In this document: positions 26,150 through 39,517 of the stretch, one piece after another
Layout: the number at the start of each line of letters is the position of its first letter
Position numbering within the stretch: the first letter of the stretch is position 1
Source: Octopus sinensis
Taxonomy: Eukaryota
Length of the DNA: 64,000 nt
Assembly: GCF_006345805.1 (NCBI RefSeq)
Contig: NC_043009.1
Coordinates: forward strand, 31,000,001 to 31,064,000
Direction: 5' to 3'
The notes under the pieces: generated by a model
Told to the model about the DNA's origin: nothing
Database searches by the model: none
Seen by the model: only the letters and a program-made list of their open reading frames with translations
Program-made: the position numbers and the translations under genes

Positions 26150-26520
26150 TCATCATTGTTGTTTAACATCCACTTTCTATTCTGGCATGGGTTGGATAGT
26201 TTGACTGAGGGCTGGCGAGCCAGAAGGCTACACCGGGCTCCAATCTGATCTGGCAAAGTTTCTACAGCTGGATACCCTTCCTAACGCCAACCACTCTGAT
26301 AGTGTAGTGGGTGTATTTTACATGCCACCGGCAAGAGGGCCAGTCAGGTGGTACTGGCATTGACCATGCTTGAATGGTGCTTTTTACATGTCACCGGGAC
26401 AGAAGCCATTCAGGCAGCATTGGTAACAACCACCCTCAAATGGTACTTTTTACCAGTCAGCCAGCACTGGCATTGACCATGCTGAAATGTTGCCTTTTAC
26501 GTGCCATCGACACAGGAGTG
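26150..26520 (-). mobile_element. Older RTE 3' UTR copy
   Basis: Diverged match to 63080-63430. Confidence 0.7.
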
Positions 26521-26900
26521 TAATCCCCGAAGTATATAATTGTCAACATGGATGTATGGAAGAATGAGCTACTTGTGGTGTGCAATGGAGGTGAAGTATC
26601 ATGATGCCTGAACAGGATTTTGTGGAGGACTGCAAGGAAGTGATGCTGTTTAACAGCATCTGCAACCCCATTGTTTACAACAAGTAAATGCATATGAAGG
26701 TGAGAGAAGTATGAGCTCAAACAAACATGCATCTGTAAACATGCACATGTGTAGTTACATATGTATTTATGTATATCATCTGAGCTAATCTCCATAACAA
26801 GCCAAACAGGACAATACTTTGATAGCTGACCAATTGGCAATAAATTTTATCCATTTCTTAGTACATTAGGAATGAGAACCCAGGTTCGAAATTTCCCCAA

Positions 26901-26946
26901 GACACCTGATGAAGGCTGGAGGGTATATCAGCTGAAACGTTGTGTT
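26901..26946 (+). ncRNA. Minimal type I hammerhead ribozyme in a solo arm (~26865-26995) of the foldback family
   Basis: gacac-CTGATGA-a-ggctg..cagct-GAAA-cg-TT-gtgtt, with palindromic ACGU as helix III. Confidence 0.7.
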
Positions 26947-28020
26947 AACAACAAACAAGATGAGGACAAATATCCATCAAAAGTAAATAATGTAAATTTT
27001 ATCCATTTCAGAATATGGCAATGCTGGTTGTAACATTGGATATTGAAAAGGTATTGGAAAGATAGAGGAAAGAGAAATTTGAAATACGCTTTGGTGATAT
27101 ATTTTGTTCCTGCAGTAATAATTTTAAGATTACTGAAAATGAGACTCAACGAGTATTGGAAATGTTGCAAGATGCAAAGAAAATTTTAGAAAAAATAAAT
27201 AAGTAAATGAGTGGAAATTGAACTGGTGAGTGTGATAACATCAGTGTCATGGAGAGAGGAGGTTGGTTTGCATCGGCAACTGTTGGTCTTCCATAAACAA
27301 CCTTGCTCGGACTTGTGCCTCAGAGTGGAACTTTCTAGATGCAATCCCATTGTCATTCATGACTGAAAGGGGTCTTTTCCTTTCTTTTATTTAGGCTTGG
27401 TGGTACTACTAACCTAGCGTTAGAGACCAGTGGATGCTTCAGAACAGCTCATTTGCTTAAAAAACAGCATGATATGAAATTAAATAACTTGATATAATTG
27501 ACGAGAAAACAGGAATTATATAATTGACTTCATCAGCTTACAGTTGATTCTGCAGTATGATGAAGTGAGCTCGAAGCTGATTGCTTGCAAATCACCTTAC
27601 AGCTTCTTCAGAGCTTCAAAAATGATGTTGATTATGTAATTCTATAATTCTTGCTTCCTTGTCAATTATTTCATTTCATATATGTATATTTGTGTAATTA
27701 TAAAGAAATGCTTTACCAAATAAACATGCACATTATTTTTGAAGCATTGAGGTAGCTATAACATATTGTACATGCACTCAGCATGTTATGTCAGAAACAG
27801 CTGCAAGCTGATGAAGTACATTGCAAATCTCCAGTTCTTTACTCAATTATTTAATGCATATATATATATACATACATACACCCACATGGATATGTATATA
27901 TATATATGTATATATATATATATACACATATATATGTATATATATATATACACATATATATACATATATATACACATATATACATATATATACATATATA
28001 TATACATATATATATATACA

Positions 28021-29290
28021 TTAGTCAATTTAGGGTAGCAAAAAATTCAATAGAAATTATCGCAACCAGCGGCCTGGTGAAAAAGAGAAATAGTATCGAC
28101 TAAATATATAAATATAACGATTTAGGAGTGACCCCAACAGGTCACTCGTCCACCAGAAAGAGCAGCCATAACTCACACCGCCAAGTATTATTAATCAGAA
28201 ATTAGGTGAAAATTAAAAACATTTACCCTAATCATCTTTAGACGTTGCAACGTTTCTGTGTCATTAATGATTAAATTAGCTTAATTAAATTACATTAAGC
28301 AATCTACCATAGGTTAAACTTCATCAGTAAAGACCTGGAGAGACAAATATACACGAGGGTCTGTATCGAAGCCTACGGGATATCTGACTTAAAATTTTCA
28401 AGACTGACGTATTCGCGCCAAACTTATCAACAGAAATATAAACTGCAAATTCAATCTCAGAATTATTCAAAATTATCAATTAGTCAATTTAGGGTAGCAA
28501 AAAATTCAATAGAAATTTATCGCAACCACGGCCTGGTGAAAAAGAGAAAATAGTCATCGACTAAATATATAAATATAACGATTTGGAGGGACCCAACAGG
28601 TCACTGTCCACCAGAAAGAGCAGCCATAACTCACACCGCCAAGTATTATTAATTCAGAAAATTAGGGAAAAATTTAAAAACATTTACCTAATTCATCTTT
28701 AGACGTTGCAACGTTCTTGTATTAATGATTAAATTAGCTTAATTAATTTACATTAAGCCATCTACCATAGGGTACACACTTCATTCAGTAAAGACCTGGG
28801 AGAGACAAATAACACGAGGCGTCTGTATCGAAGCCTACGGGATATTGACTTAAAATTTTCAAGACTGACGTATTCGCGCAAACTTATCAACAGTAAATAT
28901 AAACTGCCAAATCAATCTCAGAATATTCAGAAAATTATCAATTAGTCAATTCGGTAGCAAAAAATTCAATAGAAATTTATCGCAACCAGCGGCCTGGTGA
29001 AAAAGAGAAAATAGTCATCGACTAAATATATAAATATAACGATTTAGGAGTGACCCCAACAGGTCACTCGTCCACCAGAAAGAGCAGCCATAACTCACAC
29101 CAATGTAATTTAATTAAGCTAATTTAATCATTAATGACACAGAAACGTTGCAACGTCTAAAAGATGAATTAGGGTAAATGTTTTTAAATTTTCACCTAAT
29201 TTCTGAATTAATAATACTTGGCGGTGTGAGTTATGGCTGCTCTTTCTGGTGGACGAGTGACCTGTTGGGGTCACTCCTAAATCGTTATAT
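28021..29290 (-). mobile_element. Tandem ~460-bp HHR-containing repeat (2.3 units) plus an inverted partial unit; Penelope/retrozyme-like
   Basis: Units start at 28021, 28480 and 28942; 29102-29290 is the reverse complement of ~28110-28295; flanked by (TA)n-rich arrays. Confidence 0.8.
28236..28332 (-). ncRNA. Type I hammerhead ribozyme, core intact
   Basis: cttta-CTGATGA-[helix II/loop]-GAAA-cgttgcaacg-TC-taaag, with a 12-nt palindromic helix III and a GUC triplet. Unit 2 (28697-28793) has single-base indels in the core but shows the helix II pairing tgtgt in its 5' strand. Confidence 0.75.
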
Positions 29291-29512
29291 ATATATATAC
29301 ATATATATACACATATATACATATATATACATATATATATATAATATTATATATATATATATACATACACCCACAAGGATATATATATATATATATACAT
29401 ACACCCACATGGATATATATATATATATATAATATATATATATATATTATATATATATATACACATATATATATATATGTGTGTGTGTGTGTGGTGTGTG
29501 TGTGTGTGTGGT

Positions 29513-30326
29513 GTATTTTTATATATACAAAGTCATAGCTGCAGAGGCACACAAATATTTATATACAACATCAGCTTCTTAAAGTTTTTATCAATGAAAG
29601 TCACTTTTTGAGCTTCAGTCAGTCCAGGGATATAACAAAAGACACCTGCTCAAGGTGCCACACAATGAAGCTAAGCCAAAAGCCAAAAGTGTTTGTGAAA
29701 CAAATTTATTAAATATACGACCTTGTATAAAGTAGGAAAAGAAAGATTTAAACAAGAGAAAAGCAATTGGAAAAGAAATGATACTTGCTTAATGCACATG
29801 CAGAACTCTTGACTACATGCTGTAGAATCACATTCACACTCTCTCCCACACACATGAGTGTGTGTGTGTGTGTGTGTGAGTGTGTGTGTGTGTGAGTGTG
29901 TGTGTATGTATATATGTATGTGTGTGTGTGTGTATTTTTATATATACAAAGTCATAGCTGCAGAGGCACACAAATATTTATATACAACATCAGCTTCTTA
30001 AAGTTTTTATCAATGAAAGTCACTTTTTGAGCTTCAGTCAGTCCAGGGATATAACAAAAGACACCTGCTCAAGGTGCCACACAATGAAGCTAAGCCAAAA
30101 GCCAAAAGTGTTTGTGAAACAAATTATTAAATATACGACCTTGTATAAAGTAGGAAAAGAAAGATTTAAACAAGAGAAAAGCAATTGGAAAAGAAATGAT
30201 ACTTGCTTAATGCACATGCAGAACTCTTGACTACATGCTGTAGAATCACATTCACACTCTCTCCCACACACATGAGTGTGTGTGTGTGTGTGTGTGAGTG
30301 TGTGTGTGTGTGAGTGTGTGTGTATG

Positions 30327-30350
<24 letters not shown>
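29513..30350. repeat. Near-identical 419-bp direct tandem duplication
   Basis: gtatttttatatatacaaagtcatagc starts at 29513 and again at 29932. Confidence 0.9.
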
Positions 30351-30358
<8 letters not shown>

Positions 30359-30568
30359 TATATGTAGGCATGTATGTATATGTTTATATATATAAATATG
30401 CAAACACAGACACACACACACATACCTATACATACAACCATATAGATATATACATATACACACATATATATATTCATATCTATGTGTGTATATGTGTACA
30501 TATGTAAATATATGTGGGTATATATATATATATATATAGATTCATTTATAACTGTGTATGTATGCATG

Positions 30569-30605
<37 letters not shown>

Positions 30606-31030
30606 ATGCTTGTATATATAAATGTGAGCATCTATATATAGCTATGTTCATATGCATTGCAAATTGACATAATCAATTTTCCAGCAAATGCCCATTTTAT
30701 ACTTTTTCCTTGTCCATTGCACCAGAAAATCACTGTCATGCCACAAAAATAATTTCAAGCTTTGCTAAACAATTGGTGAAACTAAGAACATTCGGTACCA
30801 TTCTTCCTGTTGTTACTGTTGTTGGTGTTGCAGTTGATGCTGCAGTTGCTATAGCTGAGCATGCATTTGATTATTGCAGTGAATTGTAGCATGTTACATT
30901 TCATGTTTCTTCACTTGCTCTATCACGGTAGCACTGTGTGTGTATGTGTGTGTGTATATATATATATACACACACACACTTATGTTGAGCAATGTGTGAA
31001 CGAACACACAACCCCACATTGGTATATATA

Positions 31031-31252
31031 CATGAGGAGATGCTGAAAAGTACCTGGCTTCGAGGGTATCGTGAAAGGCCTGGCCTGAGGCCCAGTCTTC
31101 TGAGTTCTTTTACAGAGCTGAGAAAAACTGAAGGACTGCTACAAACAAGTGTGTGAATCTGGGAGGAGAATATGTTGAATGAAATCATAATTAACTGATT
31201 CTCCTATATTTTCACTAACCTAAAACCAGGAATTTTTCAGCAGCAACCACAT
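31031..31252 (+). mobile_element. Mariner-derived MITE
   Basis: TIR-like ends tgaggagatgctgaaaagtacctgg / ccaggaatttttcagcagc; internal KCVNLGGEYVE* matches a mariner transposase C-terminus. Confidence 0.6.
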
Positions 31253-31755
31253 GGCAATTTTCTACAAATTTTTTTTTTTTTAATTTTAACCCCCATCTCG
31301 AGAATGACCCCCTCAGTGGTGTTGGGGGTGACAATTGGCAAAGAGCAGTTCTCAACCATCAACTACCGGCTAAAAAAGAAAAGGAAAGAAAAAATTTCAA
31401 CAACCCGAGGCATGATGGCTCCAGCCCCACTGGGTCAAGTTTTCAGGAGCTGCCTGCCCAACTTCGCTGTTTCTCCACCATCTGCACATCCTAAGGAAGA
31501 GATGGCTGAGGATGGCGGAGAGGCAGGTGGTAATTGAGGAGCAGCACTGATCAACTATCCAGCCGGTAGTTGTTAAACAACAACAGCAGCAACCACAAAT
31601 GTGTGTGAGTGTGTGTGTATATATATATATATGTATGTATACACACACACACACATGCATACATATGTATTATATTAGAGGAAGAATCAAAACCAAGGCA
31701 GACGGAGTATCTCAAATCATTTAGAATAATTTAATTAGGGTAAGGTGAATTTGAA

Positions 31756-31831
31756 GTCTTACAGCCGTTTCTGGGATAACCCAAGAAGTAGGTTAGCATG
31801 TCCACACACTTGGTATTCCGTCATCAGAAAC
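31756..31831 (-). ncRNA. Type I hammerhead ribozyme, core intact, helix II imperfect
   Basis: gttt-CTGATGA-cggaatacc..ggttatccca-GAAA-cggctg-TA-agac, with a GUA triplet. Confidence 0.6.
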
Positions 31832-32627
31832 AATGTATGAATATTTTAGACAGGAAAAATTTACAGTTTGTAAGAAATAAAATAGAAGAATAAAGAGTAA
31901 AAGTTGTAGGACGAATATAGACAGAATAATGTTCCCAACTCATCTTTTTCCAGAGGATATGGATGCAGGTTGGTACTTCCATGAAGAAACCAATACAGAT
32001 CCCTAGATCTAGCCTTAGCTATGATTTTGGAACCTAATGGTTGACCTACTAAAGCAATTAACCAGCATACTTATTTGTTTAGATCACAAGTGAATTCAAC
32101 CCAACAGTTTTTCTGAGTTCCTACATGGTTTACAGACACCCTCCATGCTGCTATTGTGTTTATGTATATAGGATAGTGGTACAAGTGGAAATAGCAGATG
32201 ATTATATGCGATGCTATAGTAAATCTTCACTGCATGTATATATACATATATTGGCAAAGATGTTAGCAGGCAGCAAACATTAAAAATTCATCTTACCTAT
32301 AGGAAGAACATTATATAAATGTACAACCGAAATGTAGATAATCTAGGACGGAGGTTTCAAACTTTCCAAACTATGTTTGTTAAAGTAAATTTTATTAGCT
32401 CTCACCAGCTAGATTCACCTAGACAAAATCTCAAATGTCACTACATCAATGCCATATATGTTCTGAATATGCATTAAAAGCTGCTGCCCTTTTATGCTGG
32501 AAACAGCCTAATGATGCTAACTGGTGATACCAGATTTTGGGGTTACACTATGCTGTGCCTATATAATGTAGGATAAACAGTAATAACAATAATAATCCTT
32601 GGATGAAATTTATAAATATATATATAT

Positions 32628-33138
32628 ACTAGCAGTATTGCCCGGCTTTGCAAAATGGTCACATTTAATTCAAAGCGTTAAAAATGTTATGAAAACAATT
32701 GGTATGTGTTCACAAAGTCCAAATGATTAATATGAAAAAACACTCCAATCTACATCCTGGAGATTCATTTCTTTGCTGAATTTCTACAATGTTTACGGCG
32801 ATTCGTTTTTATATCTTGATTTTTTATTTTTCATGCAATTTACGCATGCTTGCACACGTGGTGAACACAGTTCACGTCAAACAGCTGACTGAGTAAAGTT
32901 CACTATTCAATGCATGGGGTAAGGCCTAAACGAACACATTATCGATTTTTGCACTTGATAGATGAATTTCGGAACAGAAATAGCGCAGTTCAATTTTCAT
33001 TCGCCTAAACTTTAAGTGACCCATTTTTGGTGGTTCTACGATTTGTTGGCTAGGAGGAGATGTGCCGGGAAGTTAAACACACAGACACACACACAGATAC
33101 ACACACAGACACACAAGTTGAGTTTTATATATATAGAT
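32628..33138 (+). mobile_element. Non-autonomous Helitron/Helentron-like element (Lep1-like layout)
   Basis: Starts actagcagtattgcccggc after (TA)n and ends in an (acac/agac) microsatellite + ttttatatatatagat. Confidence 0.45.
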
Positions 33139-33246
33139 ATATATATACACTTACATACACACACATATATGCTGTGGTTACCTGCAAAGGAAACATGACA
33201 TCACTGGAAGTCTCTTATGTGATATGTGTATATATATATGTATATA

Positions 33247-33298
<52 letters not shown>

Positions 33299-34026
33299 GT
33301 ATTTATATAAAAGAAATCAGAGGTCCTTCATGCATCAAAGGCTTGAATGTATTCTCTCCATGGCTGAGATGCTAGTCTCAGACAGGATCGCTCAATTTTT
33401 GCCAGTTGAATAAACTGGAGCAACATGAATTAAAATGTTTTTGCTCAAGAATTCAATGCATTGCCCAGTCCAGGAATTGAAACTGCGATCTTACATTCTT
33501 ACATCATGAGTGCAACACCCTGACCACAGAGCCACATGCCTCTAACATATATATGTGTACATATATACAGATACACGCTTACATATATATATATATATAT
33601 ATTTATATACATATACATACATATATATATATACATATACATACATACACACACATATATGCAGTGGTTACCTGCAAAGAATATATATGACATCACTGCC
33701 AATCTCTTATGTGATGTGTATGTGTGGGTGTCTGTGAGTGTAGGTGTATGTATGTAAATCTATCCGTCTATCTGTCTCTCCTATATCTGCCTTTCTCTAT
33801 CTCTCTGTCTGTCCGTATATCTACCTACTTATCTATCTATCAATCGATCTGCCTATCTATATGTGTGAGAATATGCCTCCGGGCATGTAAAGGAACTCTT
33901 GGTGAAACACTTGGAATAGTGATGGAGAAAAGTTTCAGCTTCAAGCAAATGACTGTATACTTATATACACACACACATGTATGTATGTATTCCTGTATGT
34001 ATATATGTATAGTTATACAAACAGAA

Positions 34027-34115
<89 letters not shown>

Positions 34116-34120
34116 ATATA

Positions 34121-34169
<49 letters not shown>

Positions 34170-34183
34170 ATATATATATATAT

Positions 34184-34221
<38 letters not shown>

Positions 34222-35665
34222 GATATGTGTATTTAGCTATACATAACATGTGCATGTATAAGCTATTCTGTGTGTATATGTGCATGCGCTTGTGTACGTG
34301 TGAGCATGTGTGTGTGTGTGTGTGTGTATGTTTGTGTGCTTCACATTTCTTTATGGGTGTTTCTTTACTACCCTGCGGTTTTGTACCCAGTGAGAAAATT
34401 GGGAAAGAAAGTGAATGAAGTTTTAGCTTGCAGCAAATGAATAAATAAACTCTGTCAAATACATTGGATATTTCCTTCCTCTTTCCCTTGTACACACAAT
34501 ATACATACATACATATATATAATATTTATATATACACATACATACATACGTATATATAATATTTATATATATATATATGTGCCTTATATTACATATATGT
34601 ATGTTTTGATGATGATGATGATATATATATATATATCAGGTAACACATTGGTGATAGTGGATCTCCATCATTTAACATTGAGGATTCAGTTATTTGAGCT
34701 ACTGAGTTATCTACTTCTGAATGAACATATAAGTGACTGAAAAATCCACAGACACATATATCAGATGGTCGAGAATTTGATTTCTGGCAGGACATTGAAC
34801 AAGACACTTTGCTTTATGTTGCTCCAGTCCACTAAATTGGCCCTTCCACTCAATTGCCCCTTCTAACAACAACCCACCTACTTTAAAATAACTGAACTTA
34901 AAATTTCTACATAAAATTTTCATGCCAATTTATGCTACAAACATTTCTTTAATAATGATAAAGCTATTCTCCTAGATTTTTTTCAATAATTTCAAATTTA
35001 TTCAAAAAGGACAGAATATATTTAAAAATGAATACTGCAGCAAAACATTTAAAGTGATCTAATTTAAAACCTCTCGTTACAAGTTCATAATATTTATGTC
35101 CTAATCCAAAACACCCACTGAATAATGACAAATTTATTTTACTAAACTCTTCATCATTTCAAAATTAATTCCAACAAATCAAACAGTGTATTTCAACTCA
35201 AATATTCTACAGAAACAGTTAATGTAATTCTCTGTAAGCGTTAGCATAACAGTCTATGAGAAGGCTCTACCTATTAAACTACGGATAAATTCTGCTTGTC
35301 AGGTTTCTGTTTAGGGTCCATCGATCTAATATCTTCCACATGGAATGAGTTGAGCCAGGATTGATGTAAGGCTGTAGAAAATGGTGCTTGATCAATATGC
35401 CAATCACTGAGATCAAACCAGGGACCTAATGGTTTCCCTGTAAACTTCTAAATGATTCTGACTTACATGCCTATAGGAGCAGGCATGGCATGGCTGTGTA
35501 GCTAAGAAGCTCACTTGGCAACCAAATGGTTATATGTTCAGTCCCACTTTGCAGCTCCTTGGGCAAGTGTATTCTAGTATAGCTCCAGACTGACCAAAAC
35601 ATTTTGAGGGAATTTGATAGACAGAAACTGAGAGGAAGCCTGTTCTGTGTGTATATATACGTATA

Positions 35666-36233
35666 TGAGGTCTGATCAAAAAATAGTGGGATTGTTGCTA
35701 TGGTAACAGAGTTAAAGTACTCAGAGTGAAGTCTCATTGCACAAGTTGACCTTGGACTCTGTTGTGCATGCATGCCCAGTTATAACAATCTAACTAATTT
35801 CCGTTGGTGATAGCAATACTTAGAAGTAAAGTGTGTAGAGTGTGGTTGTCTCAAAAAGAAGGCCAAGTCACAGCTGTGCAGGATCTTGTTGTGTCAAGGA
35901 AGATGGAAACATTTTGAAAATGGTTATAACAGGTGATGAACTGTGGGTCAATAGCTATGGTCCTGAAACCCAAGGTTAGTCTTCACAGTGGAAGACCCCA
36001 AAAAGATTTCAAGATATCAATCAAGAAAGTCCAAGACAATGCAATGGGAAAGCTGCTGGGTATCCCCCCCCCCACCAAAGAATTGCAAGAATGCTTCTAT
36101 CAAGGGAAACAATACTGGATAAAGTGTGTGACTACAGACGGGGACGACTTTGAAGGAGTTTAAATGCCAAATTGACCAGTGCTATAGGTTTCATTTTATA
36201 GCACCAGTCCTGATACATTTTGATCAGACCTTG
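35666..36233 (+). mobile_element. Internally deleted mariner transposon
   Basis: TA-tgaggtctgatcaaaa ... tttgatcagaccttg-TA; remnants VITGDELWVNSYGPET..SSQWKTP and WIKCVTTDGDDFEG. Confidence 0.85.
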
Positions 36234-36769
36234 TATATGTGTGTGCATATCTTTGTGTGTGTGATCATCTCCACCCCACTCACTACATAACTGCTTGACA
36301 ACCAATGCTGGTTTGTTTACATCCTCATGACATAGCAGTTTGGCGAGAGAGACTTTAAGCAGTTGATTTTTAAAATGTCAGTCCTGGGGTCGATTTGTTT
36401 GGCTAAACCCTTTGAAGTAGTGCCCCATCAGGCTCACTGGGACCAGTAAATGACAGAAGATAAAGATCTGTGTGTATGTGTGTATGCATGTGTCTGTGTA
36501 TGTGTGTGTGTGTATGTGCATGTGTAGGTTCATTCTGTATTGGTCTATCAATCATTGCTTTGTGGATAATTCACAGATCACTCAGTGCAGTGTGATCTTG
36601 AGCAAGGCATATCATGTCATGCTCTTTCGGTCTACTCGTCTGTAAAGGTGTACCAGTGAGAGTGAGAGAGTAGCATGTGACTTGAATAACATCCAGCTGC
36701 TATTTCCACATGACTGCTTGGAGACTCCCATCACCCAGATATTAGTGTGGAGATGAGATGGTTTGGAGC

Positions 36770-37480
36770 AGTGCAGAGCATCTTGATGGCCATCACTGTG
36801 GCTATGATACTGATGAGGATAATGTTGTCTGTGATGATGACAATGGTAGTAATTATGATGAGGATGATGGTGGTGGTGATGATGATGATGATGATGACGA
36901 TGATGATGACAACAATGATGCTGCTGATGATGATGGTGTTCACACCAATGAGGTAGGCTTGGAAGTGAAAATACAATAAGTGCAGTGTTGGTGGTGTGAG
37001 TGATTGCAACGAAAGTGGAAATGCTAAAGGCTTTTGTGAGAAACGATTGTGGTGGGTGGAATTGCTAAAGGCTTCGGTGGTGGTGGTGGTAGCAGTAGTA
37101 GCTGGTGTTTATTGCTGAAGGCACAGACTACAATGGCAAGCTTGATATGCTGGTTGGTAAAGTTAAAAGAAATGATAATGATGATGACGATGATGATAAC
37201 GATGATGATGATAATGATGAAACCTAAAACTGCTAAAGCAGTGGTGATAGTCACAGTGACAAAGAGACCAGGTTGCAGTAATATTGTTGTTAGTAGTTGT
37301 GCTGATGTTGGTGGTGGCAGTGGTGGAGGTGGAGGTGGTCACGATGAAGGTTCTTATGATGGTGGGGATAATGACATTGGTGTTGAAGACGAAGGAGGTG
37401 GTTCCAATTATGACGTTGATGGTGGGTTGTAATGATAGCTACAATTGCAATGATGATCATGATGATGGTGGTGATGGTGG
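36770..37480. repeat. Degenerate (GAT)n/(GGT)n low-complexity tract
   Basis: Produces poly-D, poly-M and poly-G ORFs in several frames. Confidence 0.8.
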
Positions 37481-38150
37481 TGGTAATTCAGGACCTAAAA
37501 TTAAAATTATCATATTAATTATAAGCCATTGATTAAGACACTAATCAGCACTTTACATATTGTAACTGCTACAGTAGTGAAGAACACATTTATACATTCA
37601 TACACTAACAAATCAAAAACAATAGACACCTATGCAAAGAGGCACGCACACACACACCTTTCCAGTGACCCTGACCAACTTAGCTCTCCCCCTCTCATCA
37701 CCCTTGCACTAAGCACTACAATTAATCCTTCTGCCCCTAAATAATATGTGTATTTAATGGTCATCTTCTTTATTTGTGGGTTCTTTGGTGTCCATAGATT
37801 CCAATCCTTGATATAAAGTTCCTATCACAGGTGAGATATATAAATATTTAGGTGGAGAAGCCAGATGGAAGTCCACTCCCTCTGATCAGTCAGTTCCAAG
37901 AATGGTTCCCTTGCTTTTATCCACCCCATCTCCACCCCTAGTCTCAATATCTCTCCAACAATAAACTCATGAAAATGAACAACAGCTGACAAATGCTCCC
38001 ACACTTGAGACTAGACACTGACCAACTTCTTTTGTCCTCCATCCACATACTGACCATCATAGTCTAAGAGGCCATAGATGCCTTAGATGGCATGTGGCTT
38101 GGTGACGAGTGCATCAGGATTATTTATATATATATATATATAATATATAT

Positions 38151-39025
38151 ATACCAATTAAGGACTGAACACGAAAAGGTGGACAGTCAACATGCTAGAT
38201 ATAGACGTCAATCGCCATTCGCCACAAGATTATGTTCTCAAATAAAAATAAAATTCAGCACGACCTAAAGCAATGGATGAGACAAAAGAAATATACTAAA
38301 GGAATAATTACCTACGTACTGCAGTTTCAGCTATTAATATTATTATTTGAGAACATAATCCTTGTGGCAAATGGCGATTTGACGTCTATATCTAGCATGT
38401 TGACTGTCCACCTTTTCGTGTTCAGTCCTTAATTGGTATATATAAATATTTTAATCTTCGGATTCTTTTTAATGTGCTAGACCACTGGTTTTAATTGACT
38501 AATATCAATTTCTACCCTTAATTTTTAAATATGAAATATATGTTCTCAAACCGATAAATTGACTGCTGCTAATTATTGGCTGCAGGTTAGTTTTTCGATT
38601 ATCAGCGCGCCAAAAGTAGAGGCATTCGAAAGATACATCCGAACGTAATAGGTTGTACTTTTTGCCTGCGGGACTCCGGTACCGTTTTTCACCTAGTACA
38701 GCATATTATGCTCATAACAAACTACGCTGATGAAGCTACAGATATCCTTGTGATATTAATAGCTGAAACTGCAGTACGTAGGTAATTATTCCATTTAGTA
38801 TATTTCTTTTGTCTCATCCATTGCTTTAGGTCGTGCTGAATTTTATTTTTATTTGAGAACATAATCCTTGTGGCGAATGGCGATTTGACGTCTATATCTA
38901 GCATGTTGACTGTCCACCTTTTCGTGTTCAGTCCTTAATTGGTATATATAAATATTTTAATCTTCGGATTCTTTTTAATGTGCTAGACCACTGTTTTTAA
39001 TTGACTAATATCAATTTCTACCTTA

Positions 39026-39031
<6 letters not shown>
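38151..39031 (+). mobile_element. Penelope/retrozyme-like non-autonomous element: inverted partial unit + partial tandem of a 506-bp unit
   Basis: gagaacataatccttgtggc at 38349 and 38855; 38151-38340 is the reverse complement of ~38752-38945; (TA)n on both flanks. Confidence 0.8.
38722..38781 (+). ncRNA. Minimal type I hammerhead ribozyme, fully paired
   Basis: ctacg-CTGATGA-agcta(cagatatccttgtgatattaa)tagct-GAAA-ctgcag-TA-cgtag; predicted cleavage after A38776. Confidence 0.85.
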
Positions 39032-39056
<25 letters not shown>

Positions 39057-39517
39057 AAAGGTAACATTCATTGGTGATAGTGGATCTCTATCATTTAACA
39101 GGGGATTCAGTTGTTTGATCTACTGAGTTATCTGCTCCTGAACGAACATATAAGTGACTGAAAAATCGACAGACACATATATCAGTTGGTCATGAGTTTA
39201 ATTCCTGGAAGGACATTGAACAAGACACTTTGTTTTATGTTGCTCCAGTCCACTAAATTGGCAAAAGGGAGTTGTACCAGTCATTTGAAGGGTCAGCTTT
39301 GTCACACAGTGTCATGATAAATCTCCCTGAGAACTACATCATGGGTATACCTGTGTGTGGAGTACTCAGCCACTTGCATGTTAATTTCACAAGCAGGCTG
39401 TTCCGTTGGTCAGATAAATTGGAACCTTCATTGTCATGATTAACAGAATGCCAGTTAGAAGACCCTCAGGTGGGATACAAATCAAATATAAGCATTACAT
39501 ATGTGAACCATCTAGAT

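Noticed and set aside
28021-29101. CRISPR-like or prokaryotic array interpretation of the tandem repeats
   Set aside because: The context is eukaryotic, the units are ~460 bp without unique spacers, and there are no cas genes.
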